Assembly (NCBI RefSeq): GCF_018977255.1
Contig: NW_024704743.1
Span: 51,834,001-51,898,000, forward strand
Direction: 5' to 3'
Source: Callorhinchus milii
Lineage: Eukaryota
Length of the DNA: 64,000 nt
The notes beneath the pieces were generated by a model. The model made no database searches. It was not told the DNA's origin and worked only from the letters and a program-made list of their open reading frames with translations. A program made the translations under genes and the position numbers. This document shows positions 36,763 to 49,804 of the stretch, in pieces; within the stretch, counting starts at the first letter, position 1; every line of letters begins with the position of its first letter.

Positions 36763-38084
36763 TAAGGCACTGTAGCTGAAAATGAAACACCATTTCTGGT
36801 AATTGGAGTATCCATTTCGAAATAATACCAGAGTTGGAGTGGAAACAAGTTTTTAGCCTGAAATCAGGTAAATTGTCCCATTTGTGAATAGCTTGTAAAC
36901 GTGTTAATTTCGGTCAATTCAGGAACCGTGGACCTGTTGCTTTTAAAAATTACCACAAATATGTTCAGGGAGGCATGCCACTGATGTGGACAGCATGTTT
37001 GAACTCTGCATTTCCTACAAACAGCAGGCAAGCAGCCATTGCTGGCAGCTGAAGCAACAATAAAAAAGATTTGACCTTACTCCTAACTCGACATAAGTGC
37101 ATGGCTATTGGCCTTCACTTTAAGACTGTGAGGAGATGGAGCTGATTTGAGGAAGTTGCCACCATAGGCAATGGGAAATTTCCTGACTTATTTAATGCAT
37201 ACAATTGTTTGGTGAAGGAGTGATCAATATTAAGTACCACAGTACAAAATGTACCAATGTATCAGCTGAGCTTCTTCCAGATTTTTTTGCTCGGTGCTTA
37301 GGGAGAGCACTGTAGCTGCAGACAAAACATCATGTCTGGTAAGTGGAGTACCCATTTGGAATAATTTATAACCTGACCAGGTGATTTGGTTTCATCTGCT
37401 AAACCTCCAGACGACACTTTACACATTATTAATGGCTAGCCTACATTTTAATCAAATGAATAATTCATGAGAGATTTTGTGACAAAATAAGGTACCTGTT
37501 TAGTTATCTTGTTTGTGCTCAGATAAAATCTTAACTTATTTTCTTTCAGTTTAATGGACTCAGGAGTGTGAAAGTAATGTGCTGTACTTTGCACAAGCTC
37601 ACTTTTAATGTGACTCACATAGTTCCTGTTTGCTAACCACTGGGTATTGGCAAAGCTGCCTTGATAGGTGAGGCAAACGAGGCACCCTAAAATTTCCATG
37701 TCTCGCAGCGAGCATTACAAGACCAGCGAGCAGGAGCTGAGTGAATTGGGTGAGACTTGTACAGGAGCAAGGCCAGTGGGTGAGAGGCCAAAACATTGTG
37801 AGTGTGTGAAGGGCCCATTGCCAAGGTAACAAGATAGCTTGGTAAGGCAAACTCATGGATTGCCAAAGCAAGTATGTCTCACCTGTTGAAAGGGTCACCA
37901 GCGCCACCGGTATCTGGAAAGTAATGCCAATGGAAACATTTGAAGAGAAAATAGTAACACATATATTTGAACAATATAGCAAAAATATATTGTAGATGTA
38001 CAAAGCAATTATAGTCTAGAGTCAAACTTCAGTTGTTTGTATATTAATACCACAATGAAGTCACATGCGATTACAGATGAACAA

Positions 38085-38630
38085 TGACGGCCATACCTTC
38101 AATCACTACACTCCTAACCTGTGGAACTCTTACTTCTGTCTCTCTGCCTCATCCCATCTTTATTTATCTTTAAATGCCTCCTTAAGTCCTGTAGCTCAGT
38201 GGTTAGAGCACTTGCCTCACAAGCGAGAGACCTGGGTACAACTCCCAGCAGGGCAAAACCTTGGGCAAGTTTCCTTACTGCATATGCCTGATAAAAATCC
38301 CTCAAGAAAAAAAACAATAATCAATTGGTCATTTCAATGTTTGTGGGACACTGCTGTGGGCAATTGGCTGCCACGTTTCGCCCACAAATATACAGTCAAT
38401 TCACTTTACAGTACAATCTGTGAAGCTCTTTGAGACATCTAGAAAATGTGAAAAGCACTGTATCAAATGCAAGGATTATTATTATTATTAAGACTTAGCT
38501 CTTCAACCATGCCTATGGTCACCTCCCCATCCCCCTCTCCCTCGTTCGGGATCCAAGCCTGCCACTGTGCAGTACTGAGACACTATCCTGCATGGAGGGA
38601 GCTATATATATATAAGTTTTTGTTGCTGTT
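38085..38630 (+). mobile_element. L2 3' end split by a SINE
   Basis: L2 sequence ends ...cctccttaag and resumes acttagctcttcaacc at 38493; tail gcatggagggagctatat...ttgttgctgttg. Confidence 0.8.
38185..38490 (+). mobile_element. Full-length young tRNA-derived SINE
   Basis: agtcctgtagctcagtggttagagcac head; colinear with 22553-22862; (TTA)n tail. Confidence 0.92.
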
Positions 38631-38694
38631 GAACAAAAACTTGAAGTTAGACATACAGATCCAAAATGAAACACTGCACCAACTGCCACTAAAT

Positions 38695-38797
38695 AAATAA
38701 TAATAATAATCCTTGCATTTGACATAGAGTCCTATCACGTCTTCGAGATGTATCAAAGCGTTTCATGGAATATACTGTAAAGTGAATTGAATGTATA
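38695..38797 (-). mobile_element. SINE tail fragment
   Basis: (AAT)n ccttgcatttgacatagag...ctgtaaagtgaattgaatgtat. Confidence 0.85.
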
Positions 38798-41134
38798 TAA
38801 ATCCTATTCTAACAGCTCTTTGACTAATAAATTTTCTTGGCAATATGTTTAAGATTAATTTTGATCAAAGGTGCATTGAACAAAATTGAAAGCTTTTATG
38901 CAATTACAGATATGACCTTCAGATCTTAAACCAAGAAATACTGGTGAATGATACAGTGCTTTGCTACTCCAATATATTTTTTATGCAGCTTTGGGATATT
39001 GTTTCAAGCCTTTAGGTCTCAATTTACTGATTTTGTTGTGATATTAGTATGAAGCACTGAACAAGGGACAGGGATTTCCCCATAGGAAGGAAAGGAATGT
39101 AAAAGATGATTAACTATGGGCCATTCCTATACATGTCCTGGTAACTGCCATCAAGAGAAACATCAGTAGAGACCCGAAAACAATTAGTTTGAATGTGGCC
39201 CTAGGATGTTATTTGTCCTGAGAAAAAGTTGGGAGGGCAAAAATATAAAATCAATTTGTTGGATTTCGAATGCTTAGAGTACTTTTTGGAATACTTTTAG
39301 AATATTGCTTTGGATTAATAAATACATCTTTGATAGCAGACGTCTGTGCATGGTTTGTGGAATCAGAGAGGTTCTTGTGCTGAATGTTTTTTTCTTGTTC
39401 CATATTTTGTTATTTCTTAATGGCACAACAGAAATAATTGTATGACAACATGTTGGAGAACCAAAACACTGCACCAACAGGCCACATTCATTCCTATCTC
39501 AATTCCAAACTTGACATCTGGACAAGATATTACATTGCTGTTTGTTACAAAATGAAAGAACTTCAATGATCCACATTATGTTGCATCTTAAGCATTTGCT
39601 CTGTGGCAAAGGAAGGCAGATTCCTTCAGGTGAATAATTAGACAACTGGACTGCATGTTACCAGGTGATATATCTTTCTATTGTTGTATGTTAACAGCAA
39701 CAGTGACAGGAGCAGAAGGAGCTGCAGTCTAGGGTCAAAGATACATCTTGATCCTAGACCTTAATGTCGCTGGTCTGTTGTTGGTTAATGCTAGATAACA
39801 AAAAAATTGTATTTGTGTATATTATTTAAGGTAGATGTCATGTATATCCTAGTTCATCACCTATTGTGACTGGTAAATTATTTTTCTTTCTGCATTTTGG
39901 AAAATGTAATAAACCTGTTTACCTTAAATGCCAGGTAAATAAATGCAAATGAATATATTACCTGTCACATCTGGTTTCTTTAATAAAATATATTCCAGGA
40001 ATATTTTCAGTTTGTAATACTGCATAATGAATCAACTGTTCATAATTTGTATTTATTTTAAAGCTAGCTGGCTGGCTGGCTGCCTTAAGACCTAACACAT
40101 CGAATTTCGTAACTTGACATCATTGCATTATAATTGCTTATAATATAGTGATTAAAGATGCAACTCTGTCAGGAGAATTCCTGACAGAAGTTGCAATTTA
40201 CTGAATTTAAGATTTTTGTTTCCCTTTCTCACTTGGGAGAAGATATGTCTGAAATGGCTTGCCATTTTATGTGAGTGTATGTATGTGTGTGCATGTGTGT
40301 GTATCTCTCTATGGATGCTCCACACTGTCGGGGCACTCTGACGATCAGCCATCTGCACCTGCTGAACGTACGGATTTTGTGATGACATTGATCGATTTAA
40401 CAGTAGGAAGGTGTTAATGATATTCGGCTCTGGTGGCTGAGCCACTTCACACTCATTTGAATTTCCATTCATCATCTCAGCATTTATCATTACGAGCCGG
40501 GTGCCAGATCTAATTAAAGTCTGGACTAACAGAGTGACAGAGGAGTCCATCGACTGCTCATATGATGAAGCATGGGAAAGTTTCCAGCAGGAAGCATACC
40601 AATATTGCTAAAAAACCAATTAGCTTAATTCTAAACTAAACTATTTAAAAAACATTCAATTTGCATTGTATCTAAAAAGGAATGGCATTCTCATCACACA
40701 GGGAATTGAATGTTGTTTGCGCTCTCAACAAATTTTATTTTATGTAAAAAGAAGCGAAGAAAAATAGACTCTTTTTTGTTGGTTCATGGCTGTTTTGTTA
40801 CCTAATGCATACACGTCATGCAGGTTCAGTGTTCACTTTATAAGCTGGCCCTAAAAATTGGAAACTAATTCCACCTATATTTGTTCATTCTGTTGCAATT
40901 CTCTGCTTAGCATGAAGGAGTTTCCTTCCAGACTGGATCCTCTCTGATTTCATTCTTTTTCTTATATTCAGAGTTGTTGAGAGTAAATATTTCAGGATCA
41001 TCAAGATTACCTTTTTAAACTGTCATTCCATGCAAGGAATATTTAAGTTTCTCACAAGTGCAGAAGGTACAAAGTATAATCGCCAAAATATTCTGGGCTG
41101 GGGAAAAAAAAACACATTTGGTTTAGTAGGAAAC

Positions 41135-41420
41135 ATTTTCACCATTGTGTCAGAAGGTTGTTGGTTCAAGCTTCATTGAAAATTGAGCTCAGAGTCCAAA
41201 TTGACACTCCATTGCAGTAATGAGGCACCGCTGGATTGTTAGAGGTGCTATCTTTCAGATCAGATATTAAACCTAGGTTTATACACAGTCTACCTCTTTG
41301 TCAGGTGGACATTAAAAATCCTGTGACCCTGTTCAAAAAGACAAGGGAGTTTTTCTACTATCTTGACCAATATTCTTCCCATTTAATTTGTTTGTGGGTC
41401 CTTGTTGTGTTTGCCTACAG
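41135..41420 (+). mobile_element. Deu-domain SINE, degenerate
   Basis: gtcagaaggttgttggttcaag head; caggtggacattaaaaatcctgtg core. Confidence 0.75.
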
Positions 41421-42077
41421 AACCATTCACTACCCAAGACAGTACAGTAATTATTTGCTGGAAAACACATATATTTTAGTTTGACTTTTGATTGTGTTTA
41501 CCTACAGAGAAGCTTGCGATCTAGTTTAAAGTGAATATTGAACAAGGTGGTGTACAACATATTAAGGAAGAAGGAATGGGGATGGGACAAACACTTTTGC
41601 AGGCAAAAGTCACCCTGTACAAAGCGCAAACAAATTTTTAGCCCCTGTAATATTTTATAAATAGAGACATTTTGACAGTCACTGTAGGCAATAGCTCCCT
41701 CCTCTTTCCCCAATCACACTGTTTGCCCCAAGGCTCAGAAGATGGCGCAGACATACAGAAAGGGTTTGACAAATAACAGTAGGGCAGAATGGTAACCTTT
41801 GAGTTGTGCTAAGTGATTTTTCACCCCACATCCTGCAGGAATAAAACCACAGCAGACAGAAGACTTTATAATAGTATCTTTGTTTGAAGCAGTTCAAAAA
41901 ACTAAATTAATAAAAGTAATCTGAAGAAGTGCAAAAAGAATGAAAAATGATGGGAGTCTGTTTTTATGAAGGAATAATAATATACAGGATAATTGAATCC
42001 TCATCGTGTATTTTTGCTTTCACCAAGCCAATAATAACTTCAGAATCATGGAACATTTTACAATAAATATAAAAATA

Positions 42078-42488
42078 TAATAATTCTTGCATTTGATACA
42101 ACACATTATCACATTAAATTGGCTCAAACTAATTCACAGAGTTTTCTGTGAAGTACAGTAATTGTGTATTTTCTAGGTGAACAGAGCAATGAATTTGCAC
42201 AGAGCCATGGCCCACAGACTGCCCAAATGTGAACTTTTATCTGGGGTATTATTGTCCATGACATTGGGAGAAACGTTCTCTTTTTGAATAGTTCCATGGG
42301 ATTTTCAAAATCCAACTGAACGGACAGACTTCTCGTGGGTTAACAGCTCATACAAAGGATAGCATTTCTGATAACACATGACCCCCCCAGCACTGCAGTG
42401 GAATATCAGCCTAGACATTGAGCTCAAAGTCCCAACGTGGTCTCAGAGAAGCTTCTAACTCAGAGGCAAGAGTGCTTCAACTGAGGCA
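42078..42488 (-). mobile_element. Deu-domain SINE, near full length
   Basis: Tail ttgcatttgatac, core tgaatagttccatgggat, head actcagaggcaagagtgc. Confidence 0.85.
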
Positions 42489-42794
42489 GGATTGTTACTA
42501 CATTGTTAAGCACTGATATGAGTTCCAGTTTGACTTTTTTTTCTATCTCCCTTTTTCTCCTTTCATCACCTGAAGGTGCTGATGATTCTCACCAGGCTCT
42601 GGTTCCATGGGTGTCAGCAGCCATCTGGTACCTAGTCCAAATATTGATACGAGAGACTGCAAAGCAACATCATGCTAGTTGATTCAGACTTAATCCTGCC
42701 TGTGATTAACACACACACAGTTACACTCTAGTCGGGGTTCAGTGAATAGTTATCATGAAACAGAACACAGGTATATCTATCTGTGCTATTTCTT

Positions 42795-43050
42795 ATGTGT
42801 TTTTTTGTGTGTGTGTGTGTGAATATCTGTGTTTCCGCATGACCACATTTATTTGTATGCGTGTTGGAACATGCATTTGTGTAAGTGCATATTTCAATGT
42901 GTGAGAAGTTTTCTGTGTCAATAGTTCCCTGTGCATGAGCGCATTTGTGTCTGTGTGTGTGTGCGTGTGTGTTTGCAAGCTCACATATTTGGTGTGCATA
43001 TATTTGTGTGTATGTGTGTGTGTGCTTTTGTCTATGAGTGTGTGAACTCA
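42795..43050. repeat. Degenerate (TG)n-rich low-complexity tract
   Basis: Repeated tgtgtg runs; source of the His/Thr-rich spurious ORFs. Confidence 0.85.
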
Positions 43051-44057
43051 TACTTTTGTGTGATGGGAGAGTTCAGTTTGTTGAACGCATGTTTTATCAT
43101 TCAGTGATCTCTTGTTTGTATAATCAATTCAGGTGTAGGAACTGGTTTTGCTTTCCTCAACTCTTCCCTCTCTTGCTGTGCTTTTCAGCTTGAGGGAGCT
43201 GAATTAAAGCTCCTCACTCAGTGCATTGAAGAGAGTATGTTTTAATAATTTGTTTCAGTGCCAGTTTACATTTCTATTAGCCTGACTCATCGGTGACTCA
43301 TTTGCACTGAAGATATCTATTTTTAAAATATCAGCAGCTTGGGAAAGAACTAAAGCAGGCATGATGCTCCTGTTATTTCTGGTCAGTGGTAACACAGTGT
43401 GCAGGCACCAATAACATTTGTTTATATTCTTGTGAAACACACGGTGCCAAAAAGTCAGAGAGGTGGAAAATTTAAACTAGCTTTACAACATTTTTTACAG
43501 TGCATGATTGTTAGGGCTAGACCTTTTCAATATAATTTGAACCCAAATCTTGTCTATGGTAAATAGACAGTAGATAGCATCATCTGGAGAAAGTAGGGAA
43601 GCCAATCAAACAAAATCATGAAGTCTATTAACGCTAGCTCTATGCTTGTGGTTGACTGGTTTAAAAGTACAATAATTTAAAAAATGTATATATATTTTGG
43701 TTTACATCAGTTGCGTGAACCAGAATACTCAAAGTTAAGAGACTGAATATCCCTGTGGTACTCATAACTTATTTGATTCCCTTCAGGCTTCCTCTATGTA
43801 CTCACCGGGACTCAGTCAGTAGCCTTCCTGCAAACTCATTCAATGGGGAAATATTCAGGTCGAAACAAAATAGCAAATCCTGGAGGTGCCACAGCCAGTC
43901 CCATGTAACTTCTTTTGGATGCCAGCTCTATTGGTGTTCAAACTGGGATCAATGATTGAGTGGAGTTCCAAAGGTTCCTCTCATGGTCCTTAAAAGACCA
44001 CCCAAGAACTTTTAAAGGACCACTTTTAATATACAATATCATTTACATTTATATTTA

Positions 44058-44300
44058 ACTCTGGAACACTCTCCCTCAATCCTTCAGCCTTGCCCCTCTC
44101 TTCCCTCTTTCAAGTCCCGCCTAAAAGCATTCCTGTTTGACCATGCTTACGGGCACCTCCCCCCTGGCTCGGAGTCAGGCTTCACCATTGTTAAACGCTC
44201 TGAGATGTGACCCTGCGTGGAGAGCTCTATATAATTGCAAGTTGTTGTTGTTGTATATAGCAACTTTCACATCGGGAGCACATCTCAAAGCACTTTTATA
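44058..44300 (+). mobile_element. L2 3' end followed by an inverted L2 tail
   Basis: ctctggaacactctccctcaatcc...ccctgcgtggagagctctatataattgcaag(ttg)n, then tatatagcaactttcacatcggg. Confidence 0.9.
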
Positions 44301-46467
44301 TTGCATTTTTTTAAACTTATTTTCACATGTCCAAAATCCTTCTCTGCTAATGCTGTCCAGAGAGAAATATATGTCCAGTATCGGATGCCTGAATCCAAAT
44401 TGTTTCACTGGAAGCTATATTGCTCTGTTTCCAGGAAAACCAACTGGCCGTAAGATGATGTGCTGCATCATTTTAACACACTTAAGGGGTACAGATGACA
44501 GATGAACCATAACATAAGCCATAACAACAAATCTCAAGCAGTTTTACAGTCGTCAAAACCCCAAAAGATTACACCAGCCTTAAGCGTATATCCAATTGTG
44601 ATTGAGGTTTTATGTTAAGTACGATATAGAGTGGTTACTTCTTGAGATCTTTCTTACTGGAAAGTCACTGTCATAGCAGATATATTCTGTGAGCATCAGT
44701 AATCATCAGGATTTCAGCCGCTAAGTTTTATCATATGGCATTATAATGGATCTTAGACCAGGACTCAGCTCATATAATTTTACAATGAAGGGGTGAAATT
44801 GCAACCCTTAGTGGGTTATTTAAACATTACTGAAAATTCTGCTCTGTAGATGACGAAGAGATTGGGCTTAAAATGTTCACATAGCTACCATTAAAGTGTG
44901 CAAACGGTGTTGCCAGGTTGTGTTTAATGCTGAAGTGGTAACATGTGGTAATATTGCGGTACTTGAATATTAATGTTAACTAAGGGCTCCGAGATGCTAC
45001 CCGTGTGAAACAAGCTATACAAATGCAAGTTGTTGTTGTAATTCCAACTTCATTGACTGAATGTCAGTGTGTTTCCATCCCCCGTCCTCTGTCACTCTGG
45101 TTGGCTTGAAGCCAGCCTATGAATTGAATGGATGGCAGTATTGGACTCTTGGAAAGTGGGATATAGAGTAATGCAGGAATCTTGCTAACCAGTAATGCCA
45201 CAACCTGGGGCTGGCTTTGGGCCCAATCATTGTGGCTGAGTTGAGAGAAGGGAACCACACCCATGGACCAGTCAATGTTTTTTATTGCTGACAGAATGGA
45301 ATTTTGGATAGTGTTAAATAAACATCAGTGATCATAATTTCCCTTCCTAACATATTGTTTGACAGAGGTGTAATACACCTTTACATAGAATAATGACTTG
45401 AAACCAACTGTCAGGAAGATATTTCATTTCTGCACATAACAAGAGGAAGCAGGTAGCAGCTGATTTAGGATATACAAGTGCGGTTCAAAGTGCGCTGAGG
45501 CAATCTGTGTGTTGGTTACTTGGCAGCGAGTAATTTTCTCATCCCAGTGACAGATTTCTATGCTGCATGAATTGCAGTGGAGTACAATTCATAGTAACAA
45601 TCAGGGAAGCTAAAGCATTGGCTTTATACAGCATCAAATGCTGGTAATACCCTGACACCTGAGTGGCATGAAGTTTGGGCGAATTATTCTTGCTTTGTAA
45701 TCCATCTCCTCCACTTGAAAAAACACATTGGAACTTTATGAGAACAAAAGTAAAGGTAGATTGTTCTGACAGTTTAGCTATAATCACAATACCACAGATA
45801 TTTTTGCTGAGGTGAAACAACTACTTTAATTTTTCATGCGTGTAGACATTACTGCTCAGTCAAGCGGCAAAGTTTATTGGATGTCAGAACTATTCTTCTT
45901 TGTGTTAGAATTTGTCAATTTTAATCTTCTGAGCACAGAAACTCTGCACATGGTGAAAAAGGCCTGAATGATTTATACATTATGGCTTTTTTTCTTCCTC
46001 CTTTAAATATTGTTTGACTGCATTTATAGTGGTGCCAGATCACTTTTGTTGCAATGTTGAAAAGTTATGTATCTTAAGATAAACAGATGCTGAATTCTGA
46101 GGGAAGTGTCTAATCTGATAGTACAGCACACGAGCGCTGAACAGATACCGACTCTATTCAATTCAGTGCAGTGAAATAATGCATCAACTCAACATTTATG
46201 GCTAATTGAATCAAATTCAGAATCCTAAAGTATGAGGTATGAATGTACAGTTGACAAATAACAAATACACTAAATACTTATGGTATATATTAAGTAAGGA
46301 CAGACAAAATAGTACAAACAAATAACTTTGCAACACCCTCCACTATTCATAGCATTTACATCAGTCAGTTTGCTTATGTCACAAAGCCTTTTGGATATAC
46401 TCACTAATGTCACTGCAGAAAATCACAGTTAATCTTTAAAAATGCTTTCATAGGTATGTTTTTAAAG

Positions 46468-46612
46468 ATGGATAAGGGAATAATGGCAGTAACACAATCT
46501 CAGAGTTTGGATATCGTGGATAGAACCACTTGAGCTTCACCCTCACAGTTTCTGACGCCATCCAAACTTCTCGATTGTGTTACAGCCTTGTAATTCCCTC
46601 CTACCTATCCAT
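46468..46612. repeat. Long imperfect inverted repeat (hairpin), Eulor/Crypton-like
   Basis: Left arm gggaataatggcagtaacacaatctcagagtttggatatcgt versus right arm reverse-complemented gggaattacaaggctgtaacacaatcgagaagtttggatggcgt. Confidence 0.85.
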
Positions 46613-47071
46613 TATTCAGTACAGCTTTCTGTTCCACTGAGGTTCGTAAGGAGATGAACACTATCTTTGGAAAAACTTAGTGGAGGGTAAAGATAGAATG
46701 GTCCATTTGTTATGGGTACATGTTAGCTCTTAGATCTGTGTGATAGTATCTGTGTGGTCAGACAATGTGATGCAAGTCACTGATACTTGCTTACGCTAGG
46801 AGAGGAAGAATCACATACCTTTATTACCGTTGGACTACAACAAAGCCCACCTCTGCTTTTTTAAAGTATGTTCAATGTTGTAATTGCAAATTGATAAACA
46901 CTTTCTCATATTGAAGTGTGACAATTGATTACATTGTCTTGCGGGGCGAGATTTCACCTGGATCTAGATTTACTTTATTCATGCAGCATTTTAGAACATC
47001 CTTCAGATAAAATTGATCGTTCACTTCCAACGCTGTTTGTGGAACATTGGCTGCCCCGTTTGCCTACGACA

Positions 47072-48228
47072 GCAAGAATAAATTATATTCATATAGCACC
47101 CTTCATGTCAGGAGGACATCCCGAGGCACTGGACATTTAGGGATTCACACCCGAAATGGTGGTTGGGATCAGGAGGGGTGGATGGTGGGGATGGTAGGGG
47201 TAGGAGGCTGACCGAAGGCACGGTCGAAGAGGAGGGTCTTGAGACGGGTCTTGAAGGAGGCAAGGGAGGGGTGAGGTGGAGGTACTGCATGATGGAGTTC
47301 CAGAGGGTGGGGGCAGAATGGCTGAAGGCCTGCCTGCCAATGGTGGGAAGGGCAAGGCGGGGTACGTGAAGCAGGCCGAAGCCTGCTGATCGGAGGGAGC
47401 AGGCAGGTTGGTAGAGGTTAGGAGGTCACAGAGGTCACAGAGGTAGGGAGGATCAAGGTCATGGAGGGTTTTGAAGTTGAAGACCAGGAGTGCATTTAAG
47501 AAAGGTGATGCTGTCAGCGCCTGAGGTATGGAGACGCTGACGGGAGCCAAGCAGGAAGGCCTTGGTCTTGTTGACATTCAACTAAAGAAAGTTAGCTCTC
47601 GTGCACGACTTGATGTCCGACAGCAGTCTGTGAGGACAGCAGTGGACCTGGAGTTGAGGGTGGAGGCAGAGAGATAGGGTTGGGTGTCATCCGCATATAT
47701 GTGGAAGTTGACCCCATGTCTGCGGATGATATCACCAAGGAAGAGCATGTAGATATTGAAAAGGAGAGCACCAAGGACAGAGCCCTGGGGGTCACCACAC
47801 AAGATGGTGTGTTGGCTGGAGGAGAAGCCGTTTGTGGAGATAAAGTGGAGACAGTGGGAGAGGTTGGATTTGAACCAGGCAAGGGCAGGTCCGTGAAGGT
47901 TGAACTGAGGGGTGAGGTGGTGGAGGAGGATAGAATGGCCGACAGTGTTGAAGGCAGCAGAGAGGTCAAGGAGGACAAGGAGGTTAATAGAGGGTTAATG
48001 GACAGAATGTCGTTAGCGAATTTGACCAGGGCTGGTCCGTGCTGTGGGCAGCATGGAAACCTGATTGGAGGTGTTCAGAGATGGAATGGTGAGAGAGGAA
48101 AGAGCAAAGCTGGGATGCGATGACTTGTTCTGGGGCCTTAGAGAGGAATGGGAGATTGGAGATGCAGCGATAGTTGGAGAGCGGGGATGTGTCCGGGAAG
48201 GTTTTTTAAGCATGGGGGTGATGACAGC
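47072..48228 (-). mobile_element. L2 LINE, 5'-truncated and internally deleted, decayed RT
   Basis: CGDPQGSVLGALLFNIYM..GDIIRRHGVNFHIYADDTQ (YADD); 3' tail at ~47080-47135. Confidence 0.96.
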
Positions 48229-48656
48229 TACAGTATAGTCATAAGGATTATTATTTCACTTTACCATAAAATTTTACCAAGAGTTTTATTGATCCATACT
48301 TTGCTGAATGTATTGAAATACTCTGTGTAGTATTAACACAAAATAAAGTAACTTAAACCATTTCAAACTAAGGGTGATTTTGAGGAAAACAATTTTTTTT
48401 TGGTCAGCCAATGACAATGCGGAAACCGATCATTGTGCTTAGTAGTATCCAAATCAAGCTGAAGGTTCGATGCATGTCACCTACACGTGAAAATTCCCGT
48501 GTTTGGAATGGAAAAATTACTGGGAAAACATCAAACTTCAGCAGATATATTTGTTACTTTATCACAGCTTGTTTCCCATTTCATATCAAGCTTCTCCACT
48601 CCAGATACAAAGATGTGCAGCAGATCTCAGGCACATGACTCCCAAACCCCTTAAAT

Positions 48657-48805
48657 ATAATAATAATAATCCTTGCATTTATCACATTGTTGAGATGTTT
48701 CAAAGCGATTCACAGAATATGCTGTAAAGTGAATTGACTGTATATTTTGTGCGCAAAACATGGCAGCCAATTGCGCACAGCAGTGTCCCACAAACAGTCG
48801 TGGAT
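48657..48805 (-). mobile_element. SINE 3' half
   Basis: (AAT)n ccttgcattt...ggcagccaattgcgcacagcagtgtcccacaaacagtcg. Confidence 0.9.
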
Positions 48806-49181
48806 TTTTTAAAAAACTTATTTATTTGATGAAACATCAGACGCCCATTGTTTTCTTGTGGCTGTGAGTTCACACACCCAATTCTTTTCCGGCATCAACA
48901 GCCTCCTGTCCAATATAGACCGCTCTCCCCCACATGGTGCAGGAGAGCTATAAATAATATATACACAACATATATCATAAATATCATATATTTTGTATAT
49001 AATATATGCACAATTGATTTATTGTACCCAACTACCACAAAACTAATAAAAAAATCACTGGCAATGATTTCCAGCTGTGGGTTGGGGTTTTTCATTGGTT
49101 TGGGAAATTCTGGGTGCATGAGACCAAACTGCAGTGCATTATTCAACTGGTATTCTCACCTGATCCATCCATTATTCTACA

Positions 49182-49318
49182 AATAATAATAATAATAATA
49201 ATAATAATAATCCTTGCATTTGATATAGCCCTTTTCACGTCAGGAGGACGTCCCAAAGCGCTTCACAGAACACACTGTAAAGTGAATTGACTGTATATTT
49301 GTGGGCGAATGCGGCAGT
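49182..49318 (-). mobile_element. SINE tail with (AAT)n microsatellite
   Basis: (aat)n ccttgcatttgatatagcccttttcacgtcaggaggacgtcccaaagcgc. Confidence 0.9.
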
Positions 49319-49804
49319 ATACAGTATGGTGTGCATGTTTGAACCAATGCAGTGAGCACAAGTAAATGAGTGCTCGAGTGTTTATTCGTGTCAGCGAATG
49401 ATGAAACTAGTTCAGATGAGTTGATGTGTTATTTACAATAACTTTGAAGACCTTTTCTAAGTTACAACAACAATAACTTGCACTTATATAGTGCCCTCTA
49501 TGCTAGGTAGCGCAAATTAAAGTTTCAAAAAATTTAAACCAAACTCTGTGGTTTTATGTTGAATGTTGGTTGAATGCATTGGGTTCAGGCAGTAACAATT
49601 TGCTTTATTTTAAATGCCTTTTCGCGTAATGTATCCCAGGCAAAAAAGGTAACGTGGTTCCTGCAGTTGCCTATTCTTCTTTGAATCAGGGAATGCGGTA
49701 TGAGGTAATATAATTTTCCATCCATTTAATCAGGTGGCGAGTGGAGGAAGGGAGTGAGGCATCTTGGATTATTAAAATATATTCTAATATTTGAAAGCAA
49801 AGAA

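Noticed and set aside
37895..37916. CTCF-like cagcgccacc
   Set aside because: The 3' half lacks the T..TGG part of the motif
40152..40550. 132-aa minus-strand ORF
   Set aside because: It runs through a (CA)n tract and has no domain; the region is better read as noncoding
42728..43051. His/Thr-rich ORFs
   Set aside because: Artefact of (TG)n low complexity
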